Source of the DNA: an uncultured Chloroflexia bacterium
GTDB taxonomy: Bacteria; Chloroflexota; Anaerolineae; Promineifilales; Promineifilaceae
NCBI GenBank assembly: GCA_963786145.1
Contig: CAWAYB010000002.1
Location: 226,268 to 290,267, forward strand
Direction: 5' to 3'
Length of the DNA: 64,000 bases
The position numbers and the translations under genes were made by a program. Below, piece by piece: positions 1-10,624 of this stretch. The stretch's first letter is position 1. The number at the start of each line of letters is the position of its first letter. The notes under the pieces were generated by a model. It saw only the letters and a list, made by a program, of their open reading frames with translations, was not told the DNA's origin and did no database searches.

Positions 1-499
1 AGCCTTGATCTCCGCTTTGGGCACCGGCGTCGGTGAATCCTTCGACCTCACTAACCTGCGTTATGGGCGCGTCATCATCATGACCGATGCCGACGTAGAC
101 GGCAGTCATATCCGCACCTTGCTGTTGACCTTCTTCTTCCGCTATATGACCGAACTGATCGAAGAAGGGCATCTCTTCATCGCCCAACCTCCCCTGTATG
201 CGGTCAAGGAAGGCAAACAAATCCACTATACATACACGGAAGCGGAGAATGCCGCCTTGCTAAAGTCTCTGCAGGGCAAGAAGTACTCCCTGCAGCGCTA
301 CAAGGGTTTGGGCGAGATGAATGCCCAGCAGCTCTGGGAAACGACCATGGATCCCAGCGTGCGCACCCTTCTGCAAGTTGCAGTGGAGGATGCCGTCAGC
401 GCCGACCGCACCTTTGACATGCTCATGGGCAGTGAAGTACCGCCGCGTCGGCGTTTCATTACCACCCATGCTGGTGAAGTACGGAATCTCGACGTATAG
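1..499 (+). CDS. gyrB: DNA gyrase subunit B, C-terminal ~165 aa (5' end outside the window)
   Basis: The frame of ORF 5..499 is open to the window edge. The translation has GyrB Toprim/C-terminal signatures ([34 protein letters not shown]). Confidence 0.9.
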   Translation, partial: ALISALGTGVGESFDLTNLRYGRVIIMTDADVDGSHIRTLLLTFFFRYMTELIEEGHLFIAQPPLYAVKEGKQIHYTYTEAENAALLKSLQGKKYSLQRYKGLGEMNAQQLWETTMDPSVRTLLQVAVEDAVSADRTFDMLMGSEVPPRRRFITTHAGEVRNLDV

Positions 500-553
500 C
501 GTGAAGGATCCTATTTCAAGACTGGCCGCCTTGTAGGGTGGCCAGTTTCTCTC

Positions 554-1429
554 ATGAAAATCGCCGTGCTATCCGATATCCATGGCAACTTGCCCGCTTT
601 GGAAGCCGTGTCCGCCGATATTGCCCTCTGGTCACCCGACAAAGTGATCGTCAATGGAGATACAGTGAACCGTGGGCCGCTCTCTGGGGCTTGCCTGCGC
701 TATGTCCTCCAGCGGCGCGACAGCGTGGGTTGGGTGCTCCTGCGCGGCAACCATGAGGAGTACCTGCTGGAGTGTGCGCGGCCGGACTTCCCTACCTCCG
801 GACCGGATTTTGAGCTGAATCGTTTCGCCTACTGGGCCTACCAGCGGCTAAACGGTCAGGTCGGACAGCTGGCACATCTACCAACCAGGTTCACCTGGGT
901 AGCCCCCGACGGCCGTGAAATCCGTGTCGTCCATGCTGCCATGAACAGCAATCGCACGGGTCTCTACGAAGAACTAACCGACGATGAATTGATCGAGCGG
1001 ATAATCCCGGCGCCCGCAGTGTTTGTAACCGCCCATACGCATCAGGCGTTTGTGCGCCAGGTGCAAGGTACCTTGGTGGTGAATACGGGTTCGGTTGGAT
1101 CGCCGTTTGACCGGGATTGGCGTCCAAGCTACGGCCGATTCACCTGGGATGCCATTTCCGGCTGGCACGCAACGGTCGAACGGGTACTCTATGATCGCTC
1201 CGCCATCGAAGAGGACTACGTATCATCTGGCTTTCTCGCCGAAGGCGGACCGCTGGCGCAGCTCATGCTGGTGGAACTGCGCCGCTCAGGTGGTCTAATC
1301 TTTCGCTGGGCCTCGCGCTACCAAGAGGCCGTCCTTGACGGTTCCATCAGTCTCGAAGAAAGTGTGCATCGTATCTTGCTGGATGAAGATGTTCGGCCGT
1401 TTGTCGGCGCACCAGGCTGGGACATATAA
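554..1429 (+). CDS. Metallophosphoesterase (calcineurin-like phosphoesterase family)
   Basis: 291-aa ORF. N-terminus is MKIAVLSDIHGN..., followed by GDTVNRGP and GNHE motifs typical of the metallophosphoesterase fold. Confidence 0.75.
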   Translation: MKIAVLSDIHGNLPALEAVSADIALWSPDKVIVNGDTVNRGPLSGACLRYVLQRRDSVGWVLLRGNHEEYLLECARPDFPTSGPDFELNRFAYWAYQRLNGQVGQLAHLPTRFTWVAPDGREIRVVHAAMNSNRTGLYEELTDDELIERIIPAPAVFVTAHTHQAFVRQVQGTLVVNTGSVGSPFDRDWRPSYGRFTWDAISGWHATVERVLYDRSAIEEDYVSSGFLAEGGPLAQLMLVELRRSGGLIFRWASRYQEAVLDGSISLEESVHRILLDEDVRPFVGAPGWDI

Positions 1430-1568
1430 GGCCACTTCACAAGCATAGCCTTTGCTCTTCTTCCATTGCTGGAATCCGCCAACTATGATAAAAATTCACC
1501 AGGGATAAACACCTGGCCATCACTTTGCGCTTTCGTACGGAACGCAAGCCTCTCCGGGAGAAACAAGG

Positions 1569-3353
1569 ATGACAACCGATAGCATCGCAGTACGGCTGCA
1601 AGAACAGGCCCGCATTAGACCAAACGCCCCTGCGTACTTTGAAAAGGTCGGCGAAGCCTGGGTGCCTACCACCTGGCGCGAATACGGGCAGCAGGTGCAG
1701 GAAGCCGCGCGTTCTCTCGTCGCCCTTGGCGTAGAGCCAGGTGGAGTAGTGAGCATTCTCGGCTTCAATCGCCCGGAATGGGGCATCATGCTGCTTGCAG
1801 CAATGTCTATCAACGGTGCCGGAGCCGGCATCTATACCACAAACTCGCCACCTGAAGTTCAGTACATCATTAATCACGCCGAAAGCCGGGTCGTCCTCCT
1901 GGAAAACGAGGAGCAGTGGCAAAAAGTAAATCAAATTCGCGGCGAGCTGCCGCTACTGCGCCATGTGGTCATGATGCGCGGCACAAAAATTGACGATCCG
2001 CTAGTGTTGACCTGGGAAGAATTTCTGGCCCAGGGTGCTACCATCGATCAAGCTCAGTTCGATGAGCGCTTCGCCGCAATTGAGCCCGAAGACCTGGCCA
2101 GCCTAATCTACACCTCAGGCACAACCGGCCCGCCTAAAGCCGTCATGTTATCCCACGACACTCTGGCCTTTACCGGCTACGAAGCGCCTAAGCTTTTTGA
2201 TTTGACCCCCAACGATCGGCTGGTCTCCTATCTTCCCCTATCGCACATCGCCGAGCAGATGTTCACCATTCACGGTAGCGTCACGGTCGGTTATGCTGTC
2301 TATTATGCCGAAGCCCTGGAGAAGCTGCTGGACAACCTGAAAGAAGTCCAGCCCACGATCATATTTGGCGTGCCGCGCATCTGGGAGCGATTCCAGAGTG
2401 GCGTGCAGCGCCAGTTGGATGAAACGACCGGCGCAAAAGCACGTATCGCTTCCTGGGCCATGGGCGTGGGGCGCCAGGTCTCTGATCTGCGCAATCGCGG
2501 CCAGGAACCTCATGGTTTGCTGGCCACACAGTATAAACTCGCCGATCGCCTCTTCTACAGCAAAGTCAAAACGGCGCTCGGTCTGAACAATGTCACCACG
2601 GCCGCCGTCGGCGCAGCTCCCGTGAATAAGCAAATTCTGGAGTTCTTCAGCGGCCTGGACCTGATTATCTATGAAGTTTATGGGCAATCGGAAGGCTGCG
2701 GGCCGACCACTTGGAACCATCCCGGAGCCACCAAATTTGGCGCTACCGGCCCCGCCTTCCCTCATACAGAAGTGAAGCTTGCCGAAGATGGTGAAATCTT
2801 GCTACGTGGGCGTAACGTCTTTTCCGGGTATTACAAGGAGCCGGCCGCCACGGCCGATACTCTGATCGACGGCTGGTTGCATTCCGGTGACCTGGGCCAG
2901 TTCGATGACGACGGCTTTCTGACTATCGTGGGCCGCAAGAAAGAAATCATCATCACCTCCGGCGGCAAGAATATCGCCCCGAAAAACATCGAAGCCGCAC
3001 TCAAGAATCTGGATCTTGTCGCTGACGCCGTCGTCATTGGCGAGGCCCGCAAATTCTTATCCGCCCTGGTCACCCTGGACCCGGAAGCAGCGGAGCGTTT
3101 TGCTCTCCAACACGGGTTGGAGGGACAGGTGCTGCACGAGCATCCGCTGGTGATTGGCGAAGTTCAGCGGGGCATCGACGAAGAGGTCAACCCCCAATTT
3201 GCGCGTGTCGAAAACATTCGCAAATTCACCATCCTGCCGCGCAGTTTCACCGTTCAGGACGGTGAGCTAACCCCCAGCCTGAAGATCAAGCGCAGGATTG
3301 TCTACGATCACTTTGCCGACGAGATCGAGGCCATGTACGCCGGTCTCGACTAG
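1569..3353 (+). CDS. AMP-dependent acyl-CoA synthetase (long-chain-fatty-acid--CoA ligase family)
   Basis: 594-aa ORF with the AMP-binding motif YTSGTTGPPKAV, plus GWLHSGDLG and a C-terminal ...LKIKRR motif. Confidence 0.85.
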   Translation: MTTDSIAVRLQEQARIRPNAPAYFEKVGEAWVPTTWREYGQQVQEAARSLVALGVEPGGVVSILGFNRPEWGIMLLAAMSINGAGAGIYTTNSPPEVQYIINHAESRVVLLENEEQWQKVNQIRGELPLLRHVVMMRGTKIDDPLVLTWEEFLAQGATIDQAQFDERFAAIEPEDLASLIYTSGTTGPPKAVMLSHDTLAFTGYEAPKLFDLTPNDRLVSYLPLSHIAEQMFTIHGSVTVGYAVYYAEALEKLLDNLKEVQPTIIFGVPRIWERFQSGVQRQLDETTGAKARIASWAMGVGRQVSDLRNRGQEPHGLLATQYKLADRLFYSKVKTALGLNNVTTAAVGAAPVNKQILEFFSGLDLIIYEVYGQSEGCGPTTWNHPGATKFGATGPAFPHTEVKLAEDGEILLRGRNVFSGYYKEPAATADTLIDGWLHSGDLGQFDDDGFLTIVGRKKEIIITSGGKNIAPKNIEAALKNLDLVADAVVIGEARKFLSALVTLDPEAAERFALQHGLEGQVLHEHPLVIGEVQRGIDEEVNPQFARVENIRKFTILPRSFTVQDGELTPSLKIKRRIVYDHFADEIEAMYAGLD

Positions 3354-3374
3354 CGCAGGGCACTGTACTCCCCA

Positions 3375-4475
3375 ATGTACCAGCGAATCGTGGTCAAGAT
3401 CGGCACGAGCGTGCTTACGGGCGGGACCCCCTATCTCGATCGCCCGCGTATGGTCGAATTGGCCCGCCAGTGCGCCGAGCTGCACGGCCGTGGCAAAGAA
3501 ATCATCCTCTGCTCCTCCGGTGCCATCGCCGTCGGTCGCGAACGGCTTGGCTTCCCGGAATTAGCCCCGACCATCAGCAACAAACAGATGCTGGCCGCGG
3601 TCGGCCAGAGCCGCCTGATGCAGATGTGGGAACGGTACTTTGAAATCTATGGCCTCCATGTGGGCCAAATCCTGCTCACCCGCGGCGACGTGGAACATCG
3701 CGGCCGTTTTCTGAATGCTCGCGACGCTCTGCAAGCCTTGCTCGACCAGCGCATCGTGCCTGTCGTCAATGAGAACGACGCCATCACCACCGAAGAAATC
3801 AAAGTGGGAGACAACGACAATCTTTCTGCGCTGGTGTCGATCTTGACCGATGCTGACCTCCTCCTATTGCTTACAGATCAGCCGGGTCTATTCACGGCCG
3901 ATCCGCGCACCGACCCCGGAGCTCAACTAATCACCGAGGTAGTCAAGATCGACGAAACATTGCGCAAACTGGCCGGAACCAGCGTAAGCGGCTTGGGAGT
4001 CGGGGGTATGGCCACCAAGCTCCAGGCCGCCGATGTGGCTCGCCGTGCCGGCACCGACGTAATCATCGCCTCCGGCCACGCTCCCGACGTCATCATCGAA
4101 GCCGTGGCCGGAGACAGACGAGGTACCCATTTCCCGGCCCTCGAAAACCCATTGGAAAGCCGCAAACGCTGGATCTATGCCGGACCCAAAACATCTGGCT
4201 ACCTTGTGATCGACACGGGCGCCCAGACGGCCCTATGCGAACACGGCCGTTCACTCCTGCCTGCTGGCATCCTAAGCGTTCACGGCGACTTCCAGCGCGG
4301 TGATACCATCATGATTAAGAGCCATTCCGGTGAAATCCTTGCTCGTGGCATCACCCGCTATTCCAGCACCGATATGAAGCAGATCAGCGGCTGCCAATCG
4401 GATGAAATCGAGGGCCGACTTGGCTACGCCTATGGGCCGGTAGCCATCCATCGCAACGACTTGATCCTGGTATAA
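3375..4475 (+). CDS. proB: Glutamate 5-kinase with C-terminal PUA domain
   Basis: 366-aa ORF. It starts [12 protein letters not shown], has the amino-acid-kinase core ([22 protein letters not shown]), and lies directly upstream of proA. Confidence 0.9.
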   Translation: MYQRIVVKIGTSVLTGGTPYLDRPRMVELARQCAELHGRGKEIILCSSGAIAVGRERLGFPELAPTISNKQMLAAVGQSRLMQMWERYFEIYGLHVGQILLTRGDVEHRGRFLNARDALQALLDQRIVPVVNENDAITTEEIKVGDNDNLSALVSILTDADLLLLLTDQPGLFTADPRTDPGAQLITEVVKIDETLRKLAGTSVSGLGVGGMATKLQAADVARRAGTDVIIASGHAPDVIIEAVAGDRRGTHFPALENPLESRKRWIYAGPKTSGYLVIDTGAQTALCEHGRSLLPAGILSVHGDFQRGDTIMIKSHSGEILARGITRYSSTDMKQISGCQSDEIEGRLGYAYGPVAIHRNDLILV

Positions 4476-4515
4476 AGCAGTTACAATCTCACAAACTGCA
4501 AGGAGCATAGATAAA

Positions 4516-5781
4516 ATGACTGACCTGACCGCCATGGGCAAGGCAGCCAAGGTTGCCAGCAGAGACCTGGCTACACGTACAACGCTTGCCAAGAACGCCG
4601 CCCTCGCTGCCATCGCCGACGAACTGCAGGCACAGTACACGACCATCTTGACCCAGAACGCTCTGGACATCGTCGATGCGCGCGCCCACGGCCTCAGCGA
4701 GGCACTCGTTGACCGCCTGCTCCTAACTCCGGAGCGCTTGGCCGCTCTTGCCGCTGACGTGCGCCGGGTTATCGACCTGCCCGACCCTGTGGGCGATGAA
4801 ATTGAAGGACGTGTTCTGGAAAACGGGATGCGCCTGAGCCGCCGCCGCATCCCCATCGGCGTTCTGGGCGTCATCTATGAAGCGCGGCCCAACGTCACCA
4901 TAGACATTGCAGCCCTGAGCCTCAAAACGGGAAACGCTGCCATTCTGCGCGGCGGCAGCGAAACCCTGCGCAGCAACCTCGCCCTGGTGCAGGTAATTCA
5001 GGCCGCCCTGGAAAGCGCTGGCTTTCCAACCATGGCCGTGCAATATATTGCCGATCCCGACCGCGCCCTCGTAACAGAAATGCTGCGCCTGGACGAATAC
5101 ATCGACATGATTATCCCGCGCGGTGGGCAGAGTCTGCATCGCCTCTGCCGCGAACAAAGTACCATCCCCGTCATTACCGGCGGCATTGGCATTTGCCATA
5201 TCTACGTGGACGAGAGTGCAGACCTCAACCGTGCCGTAGACATCGTCGAAAACGCCAAGGTTCAGCGTCCCAGTGTATGCAATTCTCTGGATACGCTACT
5301 GGTTCATCCCGCTGTCGCCGCCGACTTCTTGCCCTTGGTAGCGCGGCGCCTGGCGCAGAGTGCGGTGGAGCTGCGTGCCGCGGGCACCGCCCTGGAAATC
5401 TTGCAAGCAGACGGGCACGATGCCACCGTTGTTCCCGCTGGTCCGGATGATTTCGACCAGGAGTGGTTGTCCCTCATCCTGGGCGTCAGGGTTGTGGACG
5501 GCCTGGAAGAAGCGATCGAGCATATCCAGCAGCATAGCACGGAGCACAGCGAAAGCATCCTGACCAACGATCTGCGCAGCGCGGAGCGCTTCGTCAATGC
5601 CATCAACTCTTCGGCCGTTTTCGTCAATGCCAGCACGCGCTTCAACGACGGCGGGCAGTTTGGCCTTGGCGCAGAGGTTGCGGTCAGCACCCAGAAGTTG
5701 CACGCGCGCGGCCCGATGGGTCTGCAGGAATTAACCACCTATAAGTGGGTCGGCATCGGCGATGGGCACATACGGTTGTAA
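4516..5781 (+). CDS. proA: Gamma-glutamyl phosphate reductase
   Basis: 421-aa ORF of aldehyde-dehydrogenase type ([34 protein letters not shown]). Adjacent to proB. Confidence 0.9.
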   Translation: MTDLTAMGKAAKVASRDLATRTTLAKNAALAAIADELQAQYTTILTQNALDIVDARAHGLSEALVDRLLLTPERLAALAADVRRVIDLPDPVGDEIEGRVLENGMRLSRRRIPIGVLGVIYEARPNVTIDIAALSLKTGNAAILRGGSETLRSNLALVQVIQAALESAGFPTMAVQYIADPDRALVTEMLRLDEYIDMIIPRGGQSLHRLCREQSTIPVITGGIGICHIYVDESADLNRAVDIVENAKVQRPSVCNSLDTLLVHPAVAADFLPLVARRLAQSAVELRAAGTALEILQADGHDATVVPAGPDDFDQEWLSLILGVRVVDGLEEAIEHIQQHSTEHSESILTNDLRSAERFVNAINSSAVFVNASTRFNDGGQFGLGAEVAVSTQKLHARGPMGLQELTTYKWVGIGDGHIRL

Positions 5782-5795
5782 AGGAGGCACACACT

Positions 5796-6221
5796 ATGAA
5801 TCAACTCGAAGATGCAATCCGCTTGGCCCTGGAGGCGCATGCGGGGCAACTGGACCGCGCCGGGCAGCCCTATATCCTCCACCCCCTTCACGTAATGCTG
5901 CAGGTGGAGGGCCAGGATGCACAAATCACGGCCGTGCTCCACGACGTCATTGAAGACTCCTCCCTGGAACTGGCAGACCTGGCCGAGAAGGGCTTTAGCC
6001 CGCGTGTGTTGGAAGCAATAGACCTGATGACCCACCGGGAAGGCGTCAGCTACGACAATTATGTCCGCGGCTTGAATAAAAATGCGATAGCCCGGCAGGT
6101 GAAATTGGCCGACCTGGCCCATAACATGGATATGCGCCGTATGGCCAGCCCTCTGACCGACAGAGACCTCGATCGGCTGGCCAGATACCGCCGCGCCTGG
6201 GCAATTCTGAAGGGGGCGTGA
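5796..6221 (+). CDS. HD-domain hydrolase, RelA/SpoT-type (small alarmone hydrolase-like)
   Basis: ATG at 5796 is preceded by AAGGAGG (5781-5787). HD signature HPLHV...VLHDVIEDS is present. About 141 aa; start trimmed from ORF 5745..6221. Confidence 0.6.
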   Translation: MNQLEDAIRLALEAHAGQLDRAGQPYILHPLHVMLQVEGQDAQITAVLHDVIEDSSLELADLAEKGFSPRVLEAIDLMTHREGVSYDNYVRGLNKNAIARQVKLADLAHNMDMRRMASPLTDRDLDRLARYRRAWAILKGA

Positions 6222-6223
6222 AG

Positions 6224-8779
6224 CTACTCCTCTCGCGCCGCGTACAATTCGCGGTAGATGTCGAACCCGGCATAGATGCGCTCGATATACAGTTCAGTTT
6301 CTGCGAAGTCAATCGTATCCACAAATAGATCGAGGTCGCTCCCGGCTGTTTCATACCAGCGCGCCGCGTTGCCCGGACCAGCATTATAAGCAGCTAGCGC
6401 TGCATGCACATCCCCATTGAAGTAGGCCAGCTGTTGGGCCAGATAATAAGCGCCAAAGTTCAGCCCAACCCACGGCTTGAATAGATCGTCATTCTCATAG
6501 TTGGGCCAGGCCAACCTTTCCGCAATCCAGACACCCGTATCGGGAATAACCTGACTCAGCCCTTGCGCTGCCGCGCCGGACCGTGCAATGCTGTCAAACA
6601 AACTTTCCTGCCGCACCAATGAAAACTGCAGGCGGGGATCAAACTCGTACTGCTCGGCCAAAGGCAAGATGAAATCGGCGTAGTAAATTGGGTAAGACAG
6701 ACGGCCGATTGCTGGCGGTGCCTCCAGTTCATGCTGCCCGGCCAGGGTGAGCAGAGATACTCCAGCAGCAATAGATGACCGGTACAATCCCAAATCGCGC
6801 AAAAACAGGGCCAGCTGGTACGTTTCCAACGGCTCCCCGGCATATTCCTGGCGCAGGTCCTCCAATTCCTGCTGCGCTTCTGCCAGGAGCCCTAACTCCC
6901 ACAGCCGCTTCCCCACTAGCAAACGCTCGTCGCCTGCCAATTCAGGACTGAGAGCGCCAGCCACATCCGTTGCCTCCAGCTCAAACTGCTCTACCAGCCA
7001 AGCTTCCGCTTCCGCCGCGTCGCGCTCATCTCCGACGGGAATCACAAACGCGGGCTGCGGCGCAAACGGCAGAACGTCCTGCACAATATCCCTGGCGCGC
7101 AGCGCCTGATAGGCAATCGTACCCGGCTCGGCGGCCAGTTCCTCAATCTCTGCCCGGATTTCAGCCTCTTCCGACGGCACAAAACGCACCAGTTGTAGAA
7201 GGGCGGCGCTGCCGTATTGGCTCCTCGGATATTCGCGTGCCGCCCGCAGCCACAACTCCACGGCCGTGTCCTCGTCTTCGTTTTCCCACGCTAGGCTTCC
7301 TGCTTCATGGAGGGCCTCCGGTGCATCCACATGATCCGGATATGTCTCCGCCAGCCGCACGAAGCGCTCTATAGCCGCCTCGACCTCCCCCTGTTGCACG
7401 GTGAGCGCCGCGCTCCACCACGAAGCGAAAGGCGCTTGCTCACCTTCAGGATACTCGCTAGCATATTGCTCATAGAGGTCTACAGCCGTGGCCGCATCCC
7501 CCACCCTCGCCTGTAGCTTCGCTAGTTCCAGCAGGCCATTCTCCGGCTCCAGCTCCGCATACAATTCCATCTGTTCCAACGCTTGTTCCCTATTGCCGAG
7601 TGCCTCCTGCGACAATGCCAGATAGAGGTGCGTTTCCGGTTGGTAATCAACCGGATTTGCCGCCAAATAAGTGTTGAACGCTTCAATTCCCGGTGCATAG
7701 GCGGCCGCGTTGAAATCTACCAGACCGCGCTGAAAATCGTCTACAGGGACGTCGGCCTTCACCAGTTCCACCAGCCCCAGATAACTCTCGTATGCCCCCG
7801 GATACTCCTGAATGGCTGTTTGGAAGCGCTCATAGGCTGCCTCGATATTCCCGTTCGCCAGTTCCGCCGCCCCGGCCAGATAGATCATTTGCCCACGAGT
7901 TGCTTCCGTTTCTGCCAGATCGTGAATCGTGTCAAACTGGGCCACAGCCTGCGCCGTCTGGCCGTCGGCAAGATAAGCATCTGCCAGCAAACGGCGAGTA
8001 TTGATCTCCTTGAGTCGGTGCGCCGGGCTTTCCAGAGCCGACTCATAGGCCGTGATCGCAGCGCCGGTGCCACCAGATGCGCTGTGGGCCTGTGCAATTA
8101 GCGGGTACACGTACCCTCCCAGTTCCGGCGCCTGGGTTAGGAATTCACTGTAGGCTTCGATCGCTCGCTGGAAATCCTCCTGCGCCAAATACGATTGACC
8201 CAGGAAGAATTGGGTATCCCCAGGCGCGGAATCCGTAAACGCCAGTAGCTGATTGAAAATCGTGGCAGCATCCACCCACTGTTCTTCGGCCAGATAAGAA
8301 CGGCCAAGCTTATATAGCAGCTCCGCCTGCTCCTCCTCAGTCAGACTCGAGTCCTCGCGTAGCAGCTGGCTGAACTGCTCCACGACCGTCAGGTAATCAA
8401 GCGCAGCGAACGCCTCGTCGCCGATTTCCAGGCGCTTCGCGGGCACAGGCGTTTCTGAGGGCACGACCGTAGGCCCCGCCGGCGTGGCCGTAGCTATCGG
8501 TGCACTTGTGCCCGCCTGTTCCGTCACAAATGGTGTGGGCAGTGACCGCGTGGGCGCGGCGGGGTTCAGCGTCGGGGTCGGCAGTGCTGCGGCCTGTTCC
8601 AGTGCCGGCGCCAGAGTCGGCAGAGGCGTGGGCACGGCCGTGTTTAGCACTCCTTGTTCTCCCCCGCACGCTGCCAGCAAGAACACCAGCAAGATCACGG
8701 CTGCGAGAAACCTGCACCAACGTCGGGCGCTACCCTGGAAACAAATCATTCTCTTCGTGTCAGCTTGTTTCTGGCCCAA
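6224..8779 (-). CDS. Lytic murein transglycosylase with long TPR-like N-terminal region (lipoprotein)
   Basis: 851-aa ORF. Lipobox LLAAC near the N-terminus, and a C-terminal SLT domain (VRQESLFDS...GLSQVIP...AYNAGPGNAARW). Confidence 0.75.
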   Translation of the reverse strand: MGQKQADTKRMICFQGSARRWCRFLAAVILLVFLLAACGGEQGVLNTAVPTPLPTLAPALEQAAALPTPTLNPAAPTRSLPTPFVTEQAGTSAPIATATPAGPTVVPSETPVPAKRLEIGDEAFAALDYLTVVEQFSQLLREDSSLTEEEQAELLYKLGRSYLAEEQWVDAATIFNQLLAFTDSAPGDTQFFLGQSYLAQEDFQRAIEAYSEFLTQAPELGGYVYPLIAQAHSASGGTGAAITAYESALESPAHRLKEINTRRLLADAYLADGQTAQAVAQFDTIHDLAETEATRGQMIYLAGAAELANGNIEAAYERFQTAIQEYPGAYESYLGLVELVKADVPVDDFQRGLVDFNAAAYAPGIEAFNTYLAANPVDYQPETHLYLALSQEALGNREQALEQMELYAELEPENGLLELAKLQARVGDAATAVDLYEQYASEYPEGEQAPFASWWSAALTVQQGEVEAAIERFVRLAETYPDHVDAPEALHEAGSLAWENEDEDTAVELWLRAAREYPRSQYGSAALLQLVRFVPSEEAEIRAEIEELAAEPGTIAYQALRARDIVQDVLPFAPQPAFVIPVGDERDAAEAEAWLVEQFELEATDVAGALSPELAGDERLLVGKRLWELGLLAEAQQELEDLRQEYAGEPLETYQLALFLRDLGLYRSSIAAGVSLLTLAGQHELEAPPAIGRLSYPIYYADFILPLAEQYEFDPRLQFSLVRQESLFDSIARSGAAAQGLSQVIPDTGVWIAERLAWPNYENDDLFKPWVGLNFGAYYLAQQLAYFNGDVHAALAAYNAGPGNAARWYETAGSDLDLFVDTIDFAETELYIERIYAGFDIYRELYAAREE

Positions 8780-8782
8780 AGG

Positions 8783-9778
8783 CTACGCATCCGCATCGTC
8801 GTTTTCGTGGTCGAAGGCAGGGTCGGCCTCTGCCGCGGCAACTAGCGCAGCCGCTTTTGCAGCCTTCTCGTCAGCCAGATCTTCCGCGCGTTCTTCCAGG
8901 TCTTCCTCCACTTCTTTGATGATCGCCTCTGTGTCGCGCTTACCGGTCATCAACTCCCAGCCCACATAGAGCGGCGCCAGCTGCGTCAATGCCAGGGCCA
9001 GAGGCAAGATGGTACCGACCAGCTTGATCATCGACAGATTCGCTGCCACCTGGCCCTGAACCTGCCCCAGACTAGCACTAACTTGGTCGATAATGGCCAG
9101 ATAGTCATCTAGCAACGGGATGAAGGCTGCGATGTCCTCATTGATGGCCTCAAGATCGCCGGAAGCATTCTGCAAGTCGCCCCCGACCACCCCCAGGTTT
9201 GCTGTCGTTACCTCCAGATCAGAACGCAGTGAGCGCAGCTGCTCCGGCAAACCGTCCAGGCTGGTGCCGATCGCCGCAAGCGATTCATCGAACGGCTCAA
9301 CCGGCTGGTAGTCAATCCCTAAATCAAAATCCAGCGTGATCGGGTTGAAAGGAATCGGGATTGTCTGGCTAACGCCAAAATCACTCAGTGCGGTCAGCGC
9401 ATCATCGACCACGCCCCCGACTGCGGCGATATTAGGAATAGCCGCCTGTACGGCCTCGATATTCTGCGGGGCCTGCTGGGCGATTACGTTCGTAATCCCC
9501 TCCATCAGCGGCTGCGTGTCGTAGATCGTTTGTGCCAGGCTGTCCGTAGTTTGCGTCGCTGTGCTCATGGTTGCATTGACTGATACCAGCGTCGCCTGCG
9601 TCTGCTCCAGAGTAGACGAAACCGTGGCCAACGTTTCATCCGTTAGGGCCAGGGCATTGTCCAGACCAATCGCTACTGAGTCAACCACCGGTCCTATGGC
9701 AAACGCAGTAACTAGAAGCAGGATCAACACGATCAGCGAAGCTATCAATATGACAACACCCAAAATTCGTTTAAACAT
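8783..9778 (-). CDS. Hypothetical membrane protein (N-terminal TM, Ala/Thr/Gln-rich helical region, C-terminal TM, acidic tail)
   Basis: Start chosen at MFKRIL (ATG at 9778) behind GGAGGA. I recognise no family. Confidence 0.45.
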   Translation of the reverse strand: MFKRILGVVILIASLIVLILLLVTAFAIGPVVDSVAIGLDNALALTDETLATVSSTLEQTQATLVSVNATMSTATQTTDSLAQTIYDTQPLMEGITNVIAQQAPQNIEAVQAAIPNIAAVGGVVDDALTALSDFGVSQTIPIPFNPITLDFDLGIDYQPVEPFDESLAAIGTSLDGLPEQLRSLRSDLEVTTANLGVVGGDLQNASGDLEAINEDIAAFIPLLDDYLAIIDQVSASLGQVQGQVAANLSMIKLVGTILPLALALTQLAPLYVGWELMTGKRDTEAIIKEVEEDLEERAEDLADEKAAKAAALVAAAEADPAFDHENDDADA

Positions 9779-9988
9779 CTTGTCCTCCGGTTGATTTATG
9801 CCCGGCCCCCTTAGCGGCACCGTACAACCTTAGTTATACAATGATCGCCGCAGTTTGTGCAGGTCTGAACGCAAACATGGACCACTTGTGCGCCCTGTTA
9901 CCCTACTACAGCCGATGCCCGCCTGAATCCTGCCATCTCCTTCGAATCGCAGCCGCGGCACGAAGTCATTCAGCATACACTACTGCCC

Positions 9989-10624
9989 TTATTCCGGACC
10001 CGTCTCAACTGCATATACAGAACTGCGATCAATGATTCCTGTTTGCTGCTTTGCTTCCGCAAGGATTTTCCATAAGCGCTGGAATGCATCATAAGCAGCT
10101 CCCGCATAAGGGCCAGGGGTTTCATCAAATGGAGTCACGGCCGTATACGCTTCCACAAACTCGTCCGTCAGATTTGCCGGATCAGCAGCCCCATATGGCT
10201 CTTCTCCTCCGACCAGGTAGGCTAAACCACTCTGGTCATAGCGGCGCCCGGCTACGGCCGTTGTCTCCGGCAGCCAATTCCCCACCACGGCCACAACCTC
10301 CGGATCGACCAGCAGTGAATTAGCCGTGGCTGCCGCAAACTCCGGGCTTCCGCCGTCATCCAGCGCTACCAGGGCCACCCGTGTGCCGTCGATCCCCCCT
10401 GCCGCATTGATCTCGCGTACGGCTAGGCGCGCACTGTAAAGCACATCATAGCCAATATCGCGATGGCGCCCCTCAAACGGTGCCACCAGCCCAACCTTCA
10501 CCACCGGCACCACACTGCTGCACGCCGCCACGATCAGCAGCGAAACCACGCCCAGTCCCAGAACCACCCGGCGTGTCAACTCTGCCTGTCGCGTTCCGAA
10601 ATACTCAGCGGCAGCGCGCCACAT
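9989..10624 (-). CDS. Shortened Leu/Ile/Val-binding-protein-like (type 1 periplasmic binding fold) lipoprotein
   Basis: Lipobox IVAAC. The N-lobe motif (KVGLVAPFEG...REINAAGGIDG) and a C-terminal PBP-like segment (AAYDAF) are present. Only ~211 aa, so the middle lobe appears missing. Confidence 0.4.
   Translation of the reverse strand: MWRAAAEYFGTRQAELTRRVVLGLGVVSLLIVAACSSVVPVVKVGLVAPFEGRHRDIGYDVLYSARLAVREINAAGGIDGTRVALVALDDGGSPEFAAATANSLLVDPEVVAVVGNWLPETTAVAGRRYDQSGLAYLVGGEEPYGAADPANLTDEFVEAYTAVTPFDETPGPYAGAAYDAFQRLWKILAEAKQQTGIIDRSSVYAVETGPE

Noticed and set aside
1437-1934. 165-aa minus-strand ORF between the phosphoesterase and acyl-CoA ligase genes
   Set aside because: It mostly overlaps the 5' end of the acyl-CoA synthetase gene on the opposite strand. 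No RBS or domain signature.
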